Positions 1 to 10,252 of a DNA stretch of 64,000 nt are shown in pieces. The position numbers were made by a program, and so were the translations under genes. The stretch spans positions 1-64,000 of the forward strand of contig JBMFOB010000005.1 of the NCBI GenBank assembly GCA_049969855.1, in the 5' to 3' direction. Under the pieces are notes generated by a model that saw nothing but the letters and a program-made list of their open reading frames with translations, had not been told where the DNA came from and did not search any database. Position 1 is the stretch's first letter; every line of letters begins with the position of its first letter. Source of the DNA: Candidatus Bathyarchaeia archaeon. Lineage in GTDB: Archaea > Thermoproteota > Bathyarchaeia > Bathyarchaeales > Bathycorpusculaceae.

Positions 1-976
1 CGTTCACTATGTCTGGTTTAACCTCTCTAATCAGCTGCAGAGTTCTTCCAAAGGCTTCTTCGCTTTCACCTGGAAAACCGCAAATGATGTCCGTGGCTAG
101 GGTTAACTCTGGAAAATTATCCCTAAAAGTTTTTACTACTTTTTTAAAATCGGCTATAGAGTAGAATCTCCGCATTCTTTTTAGAACATTATCATCTCCG
201 CTTTGAACTGGCAAGTGAACAAACTTGAAGACTTTATCGTTTTTGAATGCTTGAGTTAAATCTTCTAAAATGTTTAATGCCATGTTCGGAGTCATCATCC
301 CCACACGAATCTTAAAGTCTCCTTCAACATCGCATAAAGCCCAAAGCAGTTCAGCCAAATTCGTGCCAATATCCCTTCCATAACATGCTGTATCCTGCGA
401 AGTAAGCCAAAACTCCCTCACGCCCATAGCCAAATCCTTTTTCACCCTTTCAACAATTTCCCGAACGCTGTAGCTTCTCAAATGCCCTCTAGCGAAAACT
501 ACGCAGCAGTAGGCACATGAGCCTAAACAGCCATAGCTTATGGGAATTATGCCTATTACAGGATTCAAAAGAATACGCGGAAGATTCAGGCTTGGCTTAG
601 TGTTCACTGCTCCTTTTAAGGCAACAACCTTTTCGCCGTCTAAAACACGCCTAACCACACTAACAATTGAGTCGCCAGCGGCTGGACCAACAACTCCATC
701 AAAACGCACCTCTCTGCATAATCTTTCAAAATTTATTAGGGGTAAGCATCCAGCCACAATTAGTTTCTTATTTGGCGGAGTTTTCTTCAGAATTTCAATC
801 ATGCGATTTTCTGTTGGTCCCTTAACAGCACAAGTATTGTAAATTATCATGTCTGCTGCCGAAACTGAATTCACAATTTGGTATCCAGCCTCCGCTAAAC
901 ATCCAGCCAAAACTTCGCCATCAGCCAGATTCGTTGAACACCCGAAACTCTTAACGAAAACTTTCATAGCTTCCAT
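1..976 (-). CDS. MiaB/MtaB-like radical SAM tRNA methylthiotransferase (runs off the left edge of the window)
   Basis: Manual translation from ATG at 976: MEAMKVFVKSFGCSTNLADGE...YNTCAV...GCLGSCAYC (UPF0004 N-terminal cysteines plus CxxxCxxC); not in the ORF track. Confidence 0.9.
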   Translation of the reverse strand, partial: MEAMKVFVKSFGCSTNLADGEVLAGCLAEAGYQIVNSVSAADMIIYNTCAVKGPTENRMIEILKKTPPNKKLIVAGCLPLINFERLCREVRFDGVVGPAAGDSIVSVVRRVLDGEKVVALKGAVNTKPSLNLPRILLNPVIGIIPISYGCLGSCAYCCVVFARGHLRSYSVREIVERVKKDLAMGVREFWLTSQDTACYGRDIGTNLAELLWALCDVEGDFKIRVGMMTPNMALNILEDLTQAFKNDKVFKFVHLPVQSGDDNVLKRMRRFYSIADFKKVVKTFRDNFPELTLATDIICGFPGESEEAFGRTLQLIREVKPDIVN

Positions 977-1172
977 CGCGATACATTAAATGCTTTAATA
1001 AGGAATAAAAACATAGAGGTTGTCAGTAGCCAGAATTTACAAAAATCTGAAACACTCTCTGATAATACTTAAATAATCTGAAACAAACATATTTAAAACA
1101 TATTTAAATCATGATATACAGCGCTATAGGTTTAGTAAAGAATGTCTGTATCCTCTACAGAGGGAGAAATGC

Positions 1173-1328
1173 ATGAAGTTGATTACGCTTTATTTGCCTG
1201 AGCCTTACATTAAGGCTTTGGATCAGCTTGTGAATGAGAGGTTTTATCCGAATAGGGCTGAAGCCATTCGGGTTGCTATCCGTGACTTGATAAATGATGA
1301 GGTTGTTCGGAGGAAGAGGGTTGGCTAA
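1173..1328 (+). CDS. cdrS: Ribbon-helix-helix regulator, CdrS-like (51 aa)
   Basis: Manual translation MKLITLYLPEPYIKALDQLVNERFYPNRAEAIRVAIRDLINDEVVRRKRVG; overlaps the ftsZ start. Confidence 0.85.
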   Translation: MKLITLYLPEPYIKALDQLVNERFYPNRAEAIRVAIRDLINDEVVRRKRVG

Positions 1329-2439
1329 GGCTAGTCCAACTGAACATGCGCTTAAGTATACTTGGCATGACGAAGTAAGCGGGGAAGTTCTGCCGCTTGG
1401 TCACTGCCGCATAGTTGTGTTCGGCGTTGGCGGGGCTGGCAACAATACCGTCACCAGGCTGATGCAGATGGGCGTTGTCGGCGCAGAATGCATTGCAGTA
1501 AACACTGATGCGCTTCATTTAAGCGTTTCAAGAGCTCATCAGAAAGTTTTGATAGGGGAAAAACTCACAAAGGGGCTTGGAGTTGGCGGCGACCCAAAGC
1601 TTGGAAGAGCAGCAATTGAAGAGTCCAGAAAGCGAATAGAGGATTTGCTTTCAGATGTAGACATAGCATTTATAACGGCTGGTTTGGGCGGTGGAACAGG
1701 AACTGGTGCCGCGCCTGTTATTGCAGAGATTGCGAGGCGGAAGGGAGCTATAACTGTTGGTGTTGTAACCACGCCTTTCCGTATAGAGAAGGGCAGAATG
1801 GAGTATGCAGCCACTGCGCTAACTGAAATGAGGAGACAATGCGACACAGTTGTTGTGATAGACAATAATAAGCTTATGCAGCTTATGCCCCAACTACCCA
1901 TAAACGAAGCCTTCAGAGTGGCAGACCAGGTTTTGGCAAACATGATTAAGGGAATAACTGAAACAATTTCGGCGCCAAGCCTTATCAACCTTGACTTCTC
2001 AGACTTCAAAACAATCGTTAAGCGTGGCGGAGTTGCTGTTGTAGGCGTAGGCGAATCTGATGCTCCAAACAGGGCAGAAGAAGCCGTGAGGAATGCACTA
2101 AGAAGCCCACTGTTGGATGTGGATTATATGGGTGCAACTGGAGCACTAATTCATGTTACAGGCGATAGCCAAATGACCATTGAAGAGGCAAACCGTGTAG
2201 GCGAAATAGTAACAGAAATGATGGATGACAACGCATTAGTCATATGGGGCGCAAGAGTTAACCCAGAACAAAATGGAAAATTAAAAGTCACATTAGTTAT
2301 GACTGGCGTGAACTCCCCACACGTGTTAAGCGGATTCGGAACAATCGCGCCACAACTTTTCAACCTAGAACCTTATGCAGAGCCAGAGAAACCATTGAAT
2401 ATCGAATTAAACCTTTACCAAATGGAAAAACTCCCCTGA
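1321..2439 (+). CDS. ftsZ: Cell division protein FtsZ (FtsZ2-like context)
   Basis: GVGGAGNN, GLGGGTGTG tubulin signature and NLDFSD; likely TTG start at 1321 (ORF track opens at 1294). Confidence 0.97.
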   Translation: MAKASPTEHALKYTWHDEVSGEVLPLGHCRIVVFGVGGAGNNTVTRLMQMGVVGAECIAVNTDALHLSVSRAHQKVLIGEKLTKGLGVGGDPKLGRAAIEESRKRIEDLLSDVDIAFITAGLGGGTGTGAAPVIAEIARRKGAITVGVVTTPFRIEKGRMEYAATALTEMRRQCDTVVVIDNNKLMQLMPQLPINEAFRVADQVLANMIKGITETISAPSLINLDFSDFKTIVKRGGVAVVGVGESDAPNRAEEAVRNALRSPLLDVDYMGATGALIHVTGDSQMTIEEANRVGEIVTEMMDDNALVIWGARVNPEQNGKLKVTLVMTGVNSPHVLSGFGTIAPQLFNLEPYAEPEKPLNIELNLYQMEKLP

Positions 2440-2451
2440 AGCCTTCTCTTT

Positions 2452-3096
2452 TTATGAAAATTTTCTTTTAAGAACCAAAAGCTCCCTTTTCAATCTTGTC
2501 GTTACGGGTATTGCCTTACCAAAGGGTTGGCATAACCCATTGATTATGGATTTTACGATTTCCTCAACCTCTGATTCAGCATTTACTATGGTGTATGCGC
2601 AGCCTATTTCAGGACCATAATGCGCATCACTACCAGCAACTCTGGCTATTCCGAGGCGAGAAGCAATTTTTTGACTATGCTTTACAGAATATTGAAATGG
2701 GAAGGCTGAAGCGTTTATGACTTCCACAGCGTCAAACTTTGAACTTATGCGCTCTCCTAAGCTTCCTTTAAAAAACGATGTAGGATGACAGGCTACGGCT
2801 ATGCCGCCTAAGCTGTGGATTCTGTCTACAGTTTCATCAACGCTTAACCCTTTGGGAATGAGTTCTTGAATGTTAAGTGCAAGCACATGCCCGCCCAAGC
2901 TTGAAATTTCTATTCCTGGAATGATGAGGAAATTTGTTTCTTTAGCCATTTTTAATGCGCATTCTGTTTTGTCATGATCCGTTATTGCGACGCCGTCTAA
3001 CCTACGCTTTTTGGCATAGAAAACCACTTCTTCAGGCTTTATAACAGAGTCGTAAGAATAGCTTGTGTGAACGTGAAGATCTATTTTGAGCTGCAA
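2452..3096 (-). CDS. PHP-domain metallohydrolase
   Basis: DLHVHT, ITDHD, GIEI and GSDAH motifs. Confidence 0.9.
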   Translation of the reverse strand: MQLKIDLHVHTSYSYDSVIKPEEVVFYAKKRRLDGVAITDHDKTECALKMAKETNFLIIPGIEISSLGGHVLALNIQELIPKGLSVDETVDRIHSLGGIAVACHPTSFFKGSLGERISSKFDAVEVINASAFPFQYSVKHSQKIASRLGIARVAGSDAHYGPEIGCAYTIVNAESEVEEIVKSIINGLCQPFGKAIPVTTRLKRELLVLKRKFS

Positions 3097-3118
3097 AGCT
3101 TAACGCCAACACATTTCT

Positions 3119-4798
3119 TTAAGCTTTCTTCAATTTTTCTCTAACCTTCGCCAACAATTCGTCAAGCTCTTTCTCGCTGACCTCTATCTTCTTGAACAAA
3201 GGTTTGGCTTCAGCAATTTTATGTTTGGGCGGCAGCGGCTTTAGGGCTTCATCCCACCTTTGCTCATGAACGCTTCCGGGCAAGTTGAGAGTTTTCCAAA
3301 GTTCCTCTGCTGCGAAGGGTATGAAGGGCGCTGAGATTATGGCTAGGGCTTTAACGATTTGAGTTGCCACATAAATGACGTTTAAGGCTTTGTCTCTATC
3401 CTTTTTTATGAGTTTCCATGGTTCCTTCTCGTTTAGGTACTGATTTCCCATGCGGCTTACGCTTATAACATTGTTTGCTGCGGATTGTAATCTGCAATTT
3501 TCCATTTCTTTCGCTATGGTTTCAACTTTCTCTTTAAGCGCCTTCAGAATTTCCTCGTCATCCTTGTCCAAAGTTTTTGGTTGTGGAATTTCTCCATCAA
3601 GTTTAGTGTTTATGAATGTTAATGTTCTGTGGATGAAATTGCCAAAAGTGTCGTTTAAGTCCGAATTGACTTTTTCTATGAAGAGTTCCCATGAAAAGTT
3701 TGAATCTTTCGTTTCAGGTCTTGTCGCCATTAAATAGTAACGCCAATAATCTGCTGGAAAAAGCTGTATAGCCTCGTCAATGAAGATTCCTCTTCTTTGA
3801 CTTTTTGAAGCCTTTTCACCGCCAAACTGGAGGAATTCTGTTGCCGAAACGTTCCATGGAAGATTGTAGTCTTCGCCAGAAGCCAAAAGTAATGCTGGAA
3901 GGATTATTGTGTGGAAGGGAATGTTGTCCTTCCCTATAAAATATAAGGTTTTGGCGTCTTTGTCAAACCAGTATTCTTTCCACTTTTCCGGTTCGCCGCG
4001 GTTTCTGAAATATTCAATTGTGGCTGAAACATAGCCTAAAACGGCTTCAACCCAAACATAAATTGTCTTGCCTTCAGCTCCTGGGAAGGGTGCTGGAATT
4101 CCCCAGCTGACATCTCTTGTAACGGCTCTGGGTTTTAATCCTTCCTTTATCAAGTTTAGGCTGAAGTTTTTGGTTGTTGTTGGCAACTGCTCATTGCTGC
4201 TCAAGTAATTGCTTAGTTTTTCAGAGAATTTTGAAAGGTCAAAATACCAGTGCTTGGTCGTTTTTGTTACAGGTTTACTTTTGCAAATTACGCAGTAAGG
4301 GTCTAGAAGAAGCGTTGGTTCTAAAAGTCTTCCACAAGAATCGCATTGGTCACCTCGGGCTGACTCGTTTCCACAGTAAGGGCATTTTCCCTCAACAAAC
4401 CTGTCTGGCAAGAAGCGGCGACAGTTTTCGCAGTATAGCATTGTTGTTTCTTGAACGAATATGTAGCCATTATTGAATATTTTCATCAAATGGTTTTGGA
4501 CGAACTCTTTATGCATGGGATTTTCTGTTCTTGTGTAGTTGTCGAAGGATATCCCCCACGCTTTAAAGAGTGCAACAACTTTTGCATGGTTTTTGTCTGT
4601 TAAATTCTTGGGCGAAACGCCAAGCCTTATAGCTTCAACTTCTATTGGAGTTCCATGCTCATCCGAACCACTAACCATCACAACATCTTCGCCCTTCAGC
4701 CGATAATAGCGGGCAACAACATCCGCAGACAAGACAGAGCCAACTAAGTTACCTAAGTGTGGTGTGACGTTTATGTATGGCCACGCGGAAGTGACCAA
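3119..4798 (-). CDS. metG: Methionyl-tRNA synthetase
   Basis: TSAWPY..PHLGN (HIGH), GSDEHG, Zn knuckles and KASKS (KMSKS). Confidence 0.97.
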   Translation of the reverse strand: MVTSAWPYINVTPHLGNLVGSVLSADVVARYYRLKGEDVVMVSGSDEHGTPIEVEAIRLGVSPKNLTDKNHAKVVALFKAWGISFDNYTRTENPMHKEFVQNHLMKIFNNGYIFVQETTMLYCENCRRFLPDRFVEGKCPYCGNESARGDQCDSCGRLLEPTLLLDPYCVICKSKPVTKTTKHWYFDLSKFSEKLSNYLSSNEQLPTTTKNFSLNLIKEGLKPRAVTRDVSWGIPAPFPGAEGKTIYVWVEAVLGYVSATIEYFRNRGEPEKWKEYWFDKDAKTLYFIGKDNIPFHTIILPALLLASGEDYNLPWNVSATEFLQFGGEKASKSQRRGIFIDEAIQLFPADYWRYYLMATRPETKDSNFSWELFIEKVNSDLNDTFGNFIHRTLTFINTKLDGEIPQPKTLDKDDEEILKALKEKVETIAKEMENCRLQSAANNVISVSRMGNQYLNEKEPWKLIKKDRDKALNVIYVATQIVKALAIISAPFIPFAAEELWKTLNLPGSVHEQRWDEALKPLPPKHKIAEAKPLFKKIEVSEKELDELLAKVREKLKKA

Positions 4799-4871
4799 AA
4801 CTTTTCCGAGCTTTATGCACCTCCAAACTTATTTAGCCTAATATGAAATGTGAGTGCTATTACTTAATTAT

Positions 4872-5765
4872 TTATGTTACCTCTACGGTTTTGAGCGCCT
4901 CTTCAATTTCCCTTCTCTCATCATCTTTCAATGGTAGCGCTGGGCTTCGCGGGTAGCCTGCTGGCAAGCCAAGCAATTTTAATGCCTCTTTTATTGTTGC
5001 GAGTTGATTGTACTTTTTCACAAGAACATCATTCAAATAGCTTAAGCGCCGCTGCAGAAGACTGGCTTTTTCATAATCTCCCATTTTGAAAGCGTCATAT
5101 AGGCTTCGGCACATTTTTGGAAAAACATTTGCCACGGCGATTACTGCGCCTTTGCCTCCCAACATTAGAGTTGAAAGAGCCACATCTGCTGTTCCAGCCA
5201 AAACAGAAATCCTATCCCCCACTAGTCGTATTGTTTCAGCTATGTTTCCAATATTTCCCCCACTGTCTTTTACGCCAACAACATTATCATATTCCGAAGC
5301 AAGCTGAGCGATTACTGTTGGCTCCAGAGAAAAACCTGTGAATTTTGGCACGCTGTAAAGCACTATGGGAAGGTCAACAGTTTCTAAGACGGCTTTATAA
5401 TGTGCTATCAGTTCCCTATTTGAAAGTTTAAAATAAAATGGCGTAACCACAAGGGCGGCGTCCACTCCAAGCTCTTTGGCATCCTTCGTAAATAGAATAG
5501 TCTCCTTTGTGCTTAGGCTTCCTGTTCCAGCGACAACCCTGACTTTACCGCCAGCCTCCTCCATAACAATTTCAATAACCCTCTTACGCTCTTCTCTGTT
5601 AAGGTAAGGCGCTTCACCGTTACTTCCACAAGGCACAAGACCAGAAACTCCACCATCAACCCAAAACCTTATGCACGTTCTCAATGCTTCTTCGTCTAAT
5701 TCGCCTTCCCGCGTGAAAGGTGTTATATGCGGCACAAAAATTCCATCTAAGCTTATTCTTGGCAT
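4872..5765 (-). CDS. dapA: Dihydrodipicolinate synthase family protein
   Basis: ITPF, GSNGE, LYSVP and GVKDS Schiff-base lysine. Confidence 0.85.
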   Translation of the reverse strand: MPRISLDGIFVPHITPFTREGELDEEALRTCIRFWVDGGVSGLVPCGSNGEAPYLNREERKRVIEIVMEEAGGKVRVVAGTGSLSTKETILFTKDAKELGVDAALVVTPFYFKLSNRELIAHYKAVLETVDLPIVLYSVPKFTGFSLEPTVIAQLASEYDNVVGVKDSGGNIGNIAETIRLVGDRISVLAGTADVALSTLMLGGKGAVIAVANVFPKMCRSLYDAFKMGDYEKASLLQRRLSYLNDVLVKKYNQLATIKEALKLLGLPAGYPRSPALPLKDDERREIEEALKTVEVT

Positions 5766-5836
5766 AGTTCTCCCTCAAGAAAATGAAAGCCTAATCACTT
5801 ATATTGTTTTGGAAAGAAAAATGGAAAGATTCTTGT

Positions 5837-6406
5837 TTATTCTCCCTTTTCTTCTGCTTTCCACATGACTTGTGGTCTGCGGGCTGAAAGGAATATAGTT
5901 GCAGCGATGATCACAGTGCAGACAATTAATAGCACTGCTTGAATGGTGAACAGCGTCACGATTTGCTCCATGTACCTTGATGTTTCAACGATTTTGATTG
6001 TGGCACCGCCATATTCGTATCCCTTATCTGTGCCAACTATGACTCCAACGTTTGTTTCTACTGCTCTTCCGTCTGTGGGTACAGTGAAAGTTATTTCCAC
6101 TACATCATTAAGAAGTTTTGTCGTTTTCCCAGATAAAGGCACATCCATTGTATAGGTTTCGTTGCCTACCCATGCTCCGCCGATGTATGCTCTCCAAGCA
6201 TAATATATTAGCGTAACGTTTTTGACAGCCACTGCTTCGTTTCTGTTGTTATAAAAGGCAATGTATAATGTTCCTTTTTCTCCAGGAGCGTACTCCTGCT
6301 TATTTGTCCAAGCTGTTACTTCATTGGGTTCTTGTGCTTTCGCTATTGAAATGTAAAGTAGCATTGAGAGAATTATTAGGCTTAAGGCAAGTATTTTCTT
6401 ATTCAA
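5837..6406 (-). CDS. Secreted/membrane-anchored hypothetical protein
   Basis: N-terminal signal peptide, beta-rich middle, C-terminal TM helix. Confidence 0.7.
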   Translation of the reverse strand: MNKKILALSLIILSMLLYISIAKAQEPNEVTAWTNKQEYAPGEKGTLYIAFYNNRNEAVAVKNVTLIYYAWRAYIGGAWVGNETYTMDVPLSGKTTKLLNDVVEITFTVPTDGRAVETNVGVIVGTDKGYEYGGATIKIVETSRYMEQIVTLFTIQAVLLIVCTVIIAATIFLSARRPQVMWKAEEKGE

Positions 6407-6448
6407 TTTTGGTCACCCTAATCTGTCCATTTTAAAACCTAAGATTAT

Positions 6449-7663
6449 TTAAAACTTGTCATGTTCTTTAGTAATACAACTTTTCAAAATTTCCATAATC
6501 TCCTTGGCTGAAGCATTCGTCCTAACTCCATTAGAGTTAAAATGGGTTGCGAATGCTTGGAAGTCCTTTTCCTTTAAAGCTTCTAGAACCTTTTTAACTG
6601 AAGGCACAGGCATTCCTAATTCATCACATAGCCTATTAATCACATAATATGTTGGTGAACCGTCAACTTCACCTTTTATTAAAGCCAAAATTTTCAAAAC
6701 TTTTGCTCTGCATCCAAGCGTCATGTGTTGGGCTTCTTTTTCCATGTTTTCGCAAAAGTTTTTGTCGAATATTTTTCCAAGCCATAATGGTCCAGCATAA
6801 TCAAGTTTTGAGTTGCATTCGCTGCATTTTCCAGAATGCCCGATTAAGGATGGTATTTTTAGGGTTTCTCTGTGAAAACAATTGAAACAGTGCAGTATGT
6901 AGCCCATGTTTTTTATGCTTTCGTCAGCCTTTTTTGCGCCGTAGGCCATTTTTGCGTATATGCGAATGTAATGGTTTGTGCTGTGGCTGAAAACAACGCT
7001 TATGCCAATATCATGTTTTGCAGCAGTCGTTGCTAGACATCCAGCCAGAAGCCTCACAGCCAATTCATGGCAGTATTCTGTTCTAAGCGGTTTTCCACCA
7101 TATTTGCGTATGCATGCCTTTGGATAGACTCCGCATAAAGGCGCCATGTCCGTTGCTGTTAAGGCTATGAAACCGCCGTCTCTTAGGGCTCGTATTGCTG
7201 AATCAATGTAAGGCGTTGGGGAGCCAAACGGGTCTATGTCTATGGCGTCAAACCTTTTGCGGGGCGCACCATAATGGCTTAAGAGGCGGTTTGCATCTTC
7301 ATTCTTCACAATAACACGCCGTTTTAGCCCATTCATTTTCACGTTTACCATTGCAAGTTTGAAGGCTTCCCCGCTAATGTCATTAACCAAAACTTTTTTG
7401 ACGCCCTTGACTTCTGATGCGAAGCGTATGCCCCTAACACCGCAGCCAGCTAAAGGTTCGCAAACGACGATTTTGCGGTTAACAGTTTTCTGATATGCTT
7501 GTAGGGCTAGGACGGCTATGTCTCGGTTTAACTCCATAACTGGATTGTAAAAGACAGGAGCCTTTGAAGGCGCATATTCAGAAGGCTTTTTCACGAATGC
7601 GCTGAGTTTTGGAACTAAAATTTTCACTTTGCCTTCTGTGACTGTTTCTGTTGGAAAATCCAT
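6449..7663 (-). CDS. trm1: tRNA (guanine-26 N2) dimethyltransferase
   Basis: VFYNPVMELNRD, GVRGIR, IDIDPFGSP and GPLWLG. Confidence 0.95.
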   Translation of the reverse strand: MDFPTETVTEGKVKILVPKLSAFVKKPSEYAPSKAPVFYNPVMELNRDIAVLALQAYQKTVNRKIVVCEPLAGCGVRGIRFASEVKGVKKVLVNDISGEAFKLAMVNVKMNGLKRRVIVKNEDANRLLSHYGAPRKRFDAIDIDPFGSPTPYIDSAIRALRDGGFIALTATDMAPLCGVYPKACIRKYGGKPLRTEYCHELAVRLLAGCLATTAAKHDIGISVVFSHSTNHYIRIYAKMAYGAKKADESIKNMGYILHCFNCFHRETLKIPSLIGHSGKCSECNSKLDYAGPLWLGKIFDKNFCENMEKEAQHMTLGCRAKVLKILALIKGEVDGSPTYYVINRLCDELGMPVPSVKKVLEALKEKDFQAFATHFNSNGVRTNASAKEIMEILKSCITKEHDKF

Positions 7664-7745
7664 GCTTTGGCTTTCCTCATTAAAGGGTTATGAGAAATCA
7701 TTAATTAAGCGATAGTTATAAAACTGTAAGAAAATATCATTGAGG

Positions 7746-8192
7746 TCAAGTAAGGTTTTCCCATTCATGAATGATTAGATAAGCGCCTATCACATGAGTG
7801 ATTATCAATATTATTACGATGGTAAGGTTTTGGGATTGTGCAAGAAAATAAATTGAAAAGATTGTGTTGAGAATCGATAGCATTAGACCTAGGTATCCTG
7901 CATATTTTACTCCTAAACCAAGAAGGATTGCTACTGTTAACTCGAGCATCGCAGTAAATAAAAGGTAAGGTGAAAAAGAAATGAAAAGGAGAACTGCGTT
8001 TAAGAAGTATATTCCTGCTGAAATCAACAATAATGGAGTCGTATGAGGATTGAAGACTCTTCTACCGCAATAGGGACAATACTTATAGCCTTTTGAAAAG
8101 ACTTCCCCACAATTAGAACAGACAACATATTCCTCATTTTCCTCATCTTCATCCATATGAGCACCAAACCATTTTGATGATGAACCATACAC
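7746..8192 (-). CDS. Zinc-ribbon membrane protein
   Basis: CSNCG...CPYCG followed by four hydrophobic helices. Confidence 0.7.
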   Translation of the reverse strand: MYGSSSKWFGAHMDEDEENEEYVVCSNCGEVFSKGYKYCPYCGRRVFNPHTTPLLLISAGIYFLNAVLLFISFSPYLLFTAMLELTVAILLGLGVKYAGYLGLMLSILNTIFSIYFLAQSQNLTIVIILIITHVIGAYLIIHEWENLT

Positions 8193-8302
8193 TATTCTAT
8201 TATCAATTTTTAAAATGCTTTTATTCTTTTAAGGCTTAGGTTTAGGCGTAAATCTTACAGAGAATTAAGGTAATATTAGAATTTTGGTTTTGGGATGCCC
8301 AA

Positions 8303-8857
8303 TTGAAGAAGCGTGTTTTGCTTTTAACTGGCAGTCCAGGCATAGGAAAGACAACTGTTTTGCTGAAAGTTGTTGAAGCTTTGAAGGGTAAGGGTTACAG
8401 TGTTGGCGGTATGATAAGCCGTGAAGTTCGCTCATGTGGGGCTCGGGTTGGTTTTGAAATTTTAGATTTATGCAGCAATAGGCGTGGGTGGCTTGCCCAT
8501 GTAAATCAGAAGGTTGGTCCTCAAGTTGGTAAGTATCGTGTTAACTTGAATGATTTGGACGGTGTTGGCGCAGAAGCAATTTTGAAGGCTGTTAGAGAAT
8601 GTGATGTTATAGCTGTAGACGAGATTGGGCCTATGGAGTTGTTTTCTGAAAGGTTTAGGGTGGCTGTTGGGAAGGCTTTTGAGAGTGGCAAGTTTGTGGT
8701 TGGTGTTGTGCATTGGAAGGCTAGGCATAAGCTTATTGACGATGCGAAGGCAAGGGAAGATGCGGAAATTTATACGGTTACGTATGAGAATAGAGACAAA
8801 ATACATGAGAAAATTGTGGAAAAAGCCATTGAATATTTCAAATTAAAAAAGGAGTGA
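8303..8857 (+). CDS. NTPase (THEP1 family)
   Basis: GSPGIGKTT, GKYRVN and VDEIGPMEL. Confidence 0.92.
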   Translation: MKKRVLLLTGSPGIGKTTVLLKVVEALKGKGYSVGGMISREVRSCGARVGFEILDLCSNRRGWLAHVNQKVGPQVGKYRVNLNDLDGVGAEAILKAVRECDVIAVDEIGPMELFSERFRVAVGKAFESGKFVVGVVHWKARHKLIDDAKAREDAEIYTVTYENRDKIHEKIVEKAIEYFKLKKE

Positions 8858-8859
8858 GG

Positions 8860-9432
8860 TTAATAGTTTTCTACCCATAATTCAAAGTAGCTTCTTGGAT
8901 GGTCGCAAACTGGACATCTTTCTGGCGCTTCTTTGCCTTCGAAAACGTATCCGCAGTTTCTGCATTTCCACATGACTGGCGAGTCTTTTTGGAATACTTT
9001 GTCTTGCTCGATGTTTGCCAGCAACTTTCTATATCGTCTTTCATGGTATGCTTCTACTTTAGCAATCATACGGAAGGTTCTTGCGGCTTCTGCAAAGCCT
9101 TCCTCATCTGCCACTTCGGCAAATTTTGGATAAAGTGTTCCCCACTCATGTTTTTCGCCTTCAGCTGCAGCCCTCAAATTTTCTGCTGTTGAGCCAATAA
9201 CGCCGGCTGGATATGCAGCAGTAATTTCCGCCATTCCACCTTTCAAGAGTTTGAAGAATAGTTGGGCATGCTCCTTCTCGTTTTCAGCCGTTTCAGTGAA
9301 AATGGCGCTTATCTGTTCAAAGCCTTCCTTTTTTGCGGCGCTGGCGAAGAATGTGTAGCGGGTTCTTGCTTGAGATTCTCCGGCGAAAGCAGCTAACAAA
9401 TTCTTTTCGGTTCTGCTTCCTTTTAAATCCAA
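8860..9432 (-). CDS. rbr: Rubrerythrin
   Basis: AFAGESQA, EKEHA, EAYHE, C-terminal CRNCG...CPVC; TTG start at 9432 after GGAGG. Confidence 0.95.
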   Translation of the reverse strand: MDLKGSRTEKNLLAAFAGESQARTRYTFFASAAKKEGFEQISAIFTETAENEKEHAQLFFKLLKGGMAEITAAYPAGVIGSTAENLRAAAEGEKHEWGTLYPKFAEVADEEGFAEAARTFRMIAKVEAYHERRYRKLLANIEQDKVFQKDSPVMWKCRNCGYVFEGKEAPERCPVCDHPRSYFELWVENY

Positions 9433-9589
9433 AAGGCTAAACCTCCATTTTAAACCCAATATTTAGTTTAAAAGCATAATAAGATTTTGCAGAAAAGATA
9501 GAGGGTAGGCTCCGTATTGGTTGGTGGGTAAACCAAAAAATGTTATAACTCTAAAAATGTTATCAAAATTAAAAAGAGAAGGCTTTCTG

Positions 9590-10252
9590 ATGTTGGTTGC
9601 AGGTGTTGATGATGCTGGAAGGGGTTCAGTGATTGGTCCGTTAGTTATTGCGGGAGTCCTCATGCGGGAGGAGGAAATACCAAAACTTGTTGAATTAAAA
9701 GTTAGGGATTCGAAGCTTTTGTCGGCGCATAGGCGGGAAATTCTTGCTGTTGAAATTAAGCGTGTTGTCCAAAAATTTAGTGTTGTAAAAATTTCTCCGA
9801 AAGAAATTGACAAGGTTGTGGAAACGGGCAAGAAGCTTCATAGGTTGAATAGGTTGGAGGCTCAGAAAATGGCTGAAATCATAGAAGCGCTTAAGCCAGA
9901 TATCGCTTATGTGGACGCCTCAGACGTTTTAGAAGAGAGGTTTAAGCAGCACATTTTAGAATGCTTATCCTTCAAGCCGAAAATTGTTTCTGAGCACAAG
10001 GCGGATAGGAAGTATCCAATTGTTTCTGCAGCTTCCATAATTGCGAAGGTGGAAAGGGATAAAGCCATTATGGAATTGGCGGAGAAGTATGGCGATTTGG
10101 GTTGTGGATATCCAACTGACTCTAAAACTTTAGATTTTCTTAGGCGATGGTTAGAAAGGTTTGGTGAATATCCAGATTTTGTCAGAAAGTCTTGGAAGCC
10201 TGCCAAAAAAGCCAAAAATGAAAATGAATTACGTCAAACGAAGCTTATTTAA
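9590..10252 (+). CDS. rnhB: Ribonuclease HII
   Basis: AGVDDAGRG, DSK, AASIIAKVERD and GCGYPTD; ATG at 9590. Confidence 0.95.
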   Translation: MLVAGVDDAGRGSVIGPLVIAGVLMREEEIPKLVELKVRDSKLLSAHRREILAVEIKRVVQKFSVVKISPKEIDKVVETGKKLHRLNRLEAQKMAEIIEALKPDIAYVDASDVLEERFKQHILECLSFKPKIVSEHKADRKYPIVSAASIIAKVERDKAIMELAEKYGDLGCGYPTDSKTLDFLRRWLERFGEYPDFVRKSWKPAKKAKNENELRQTKLI

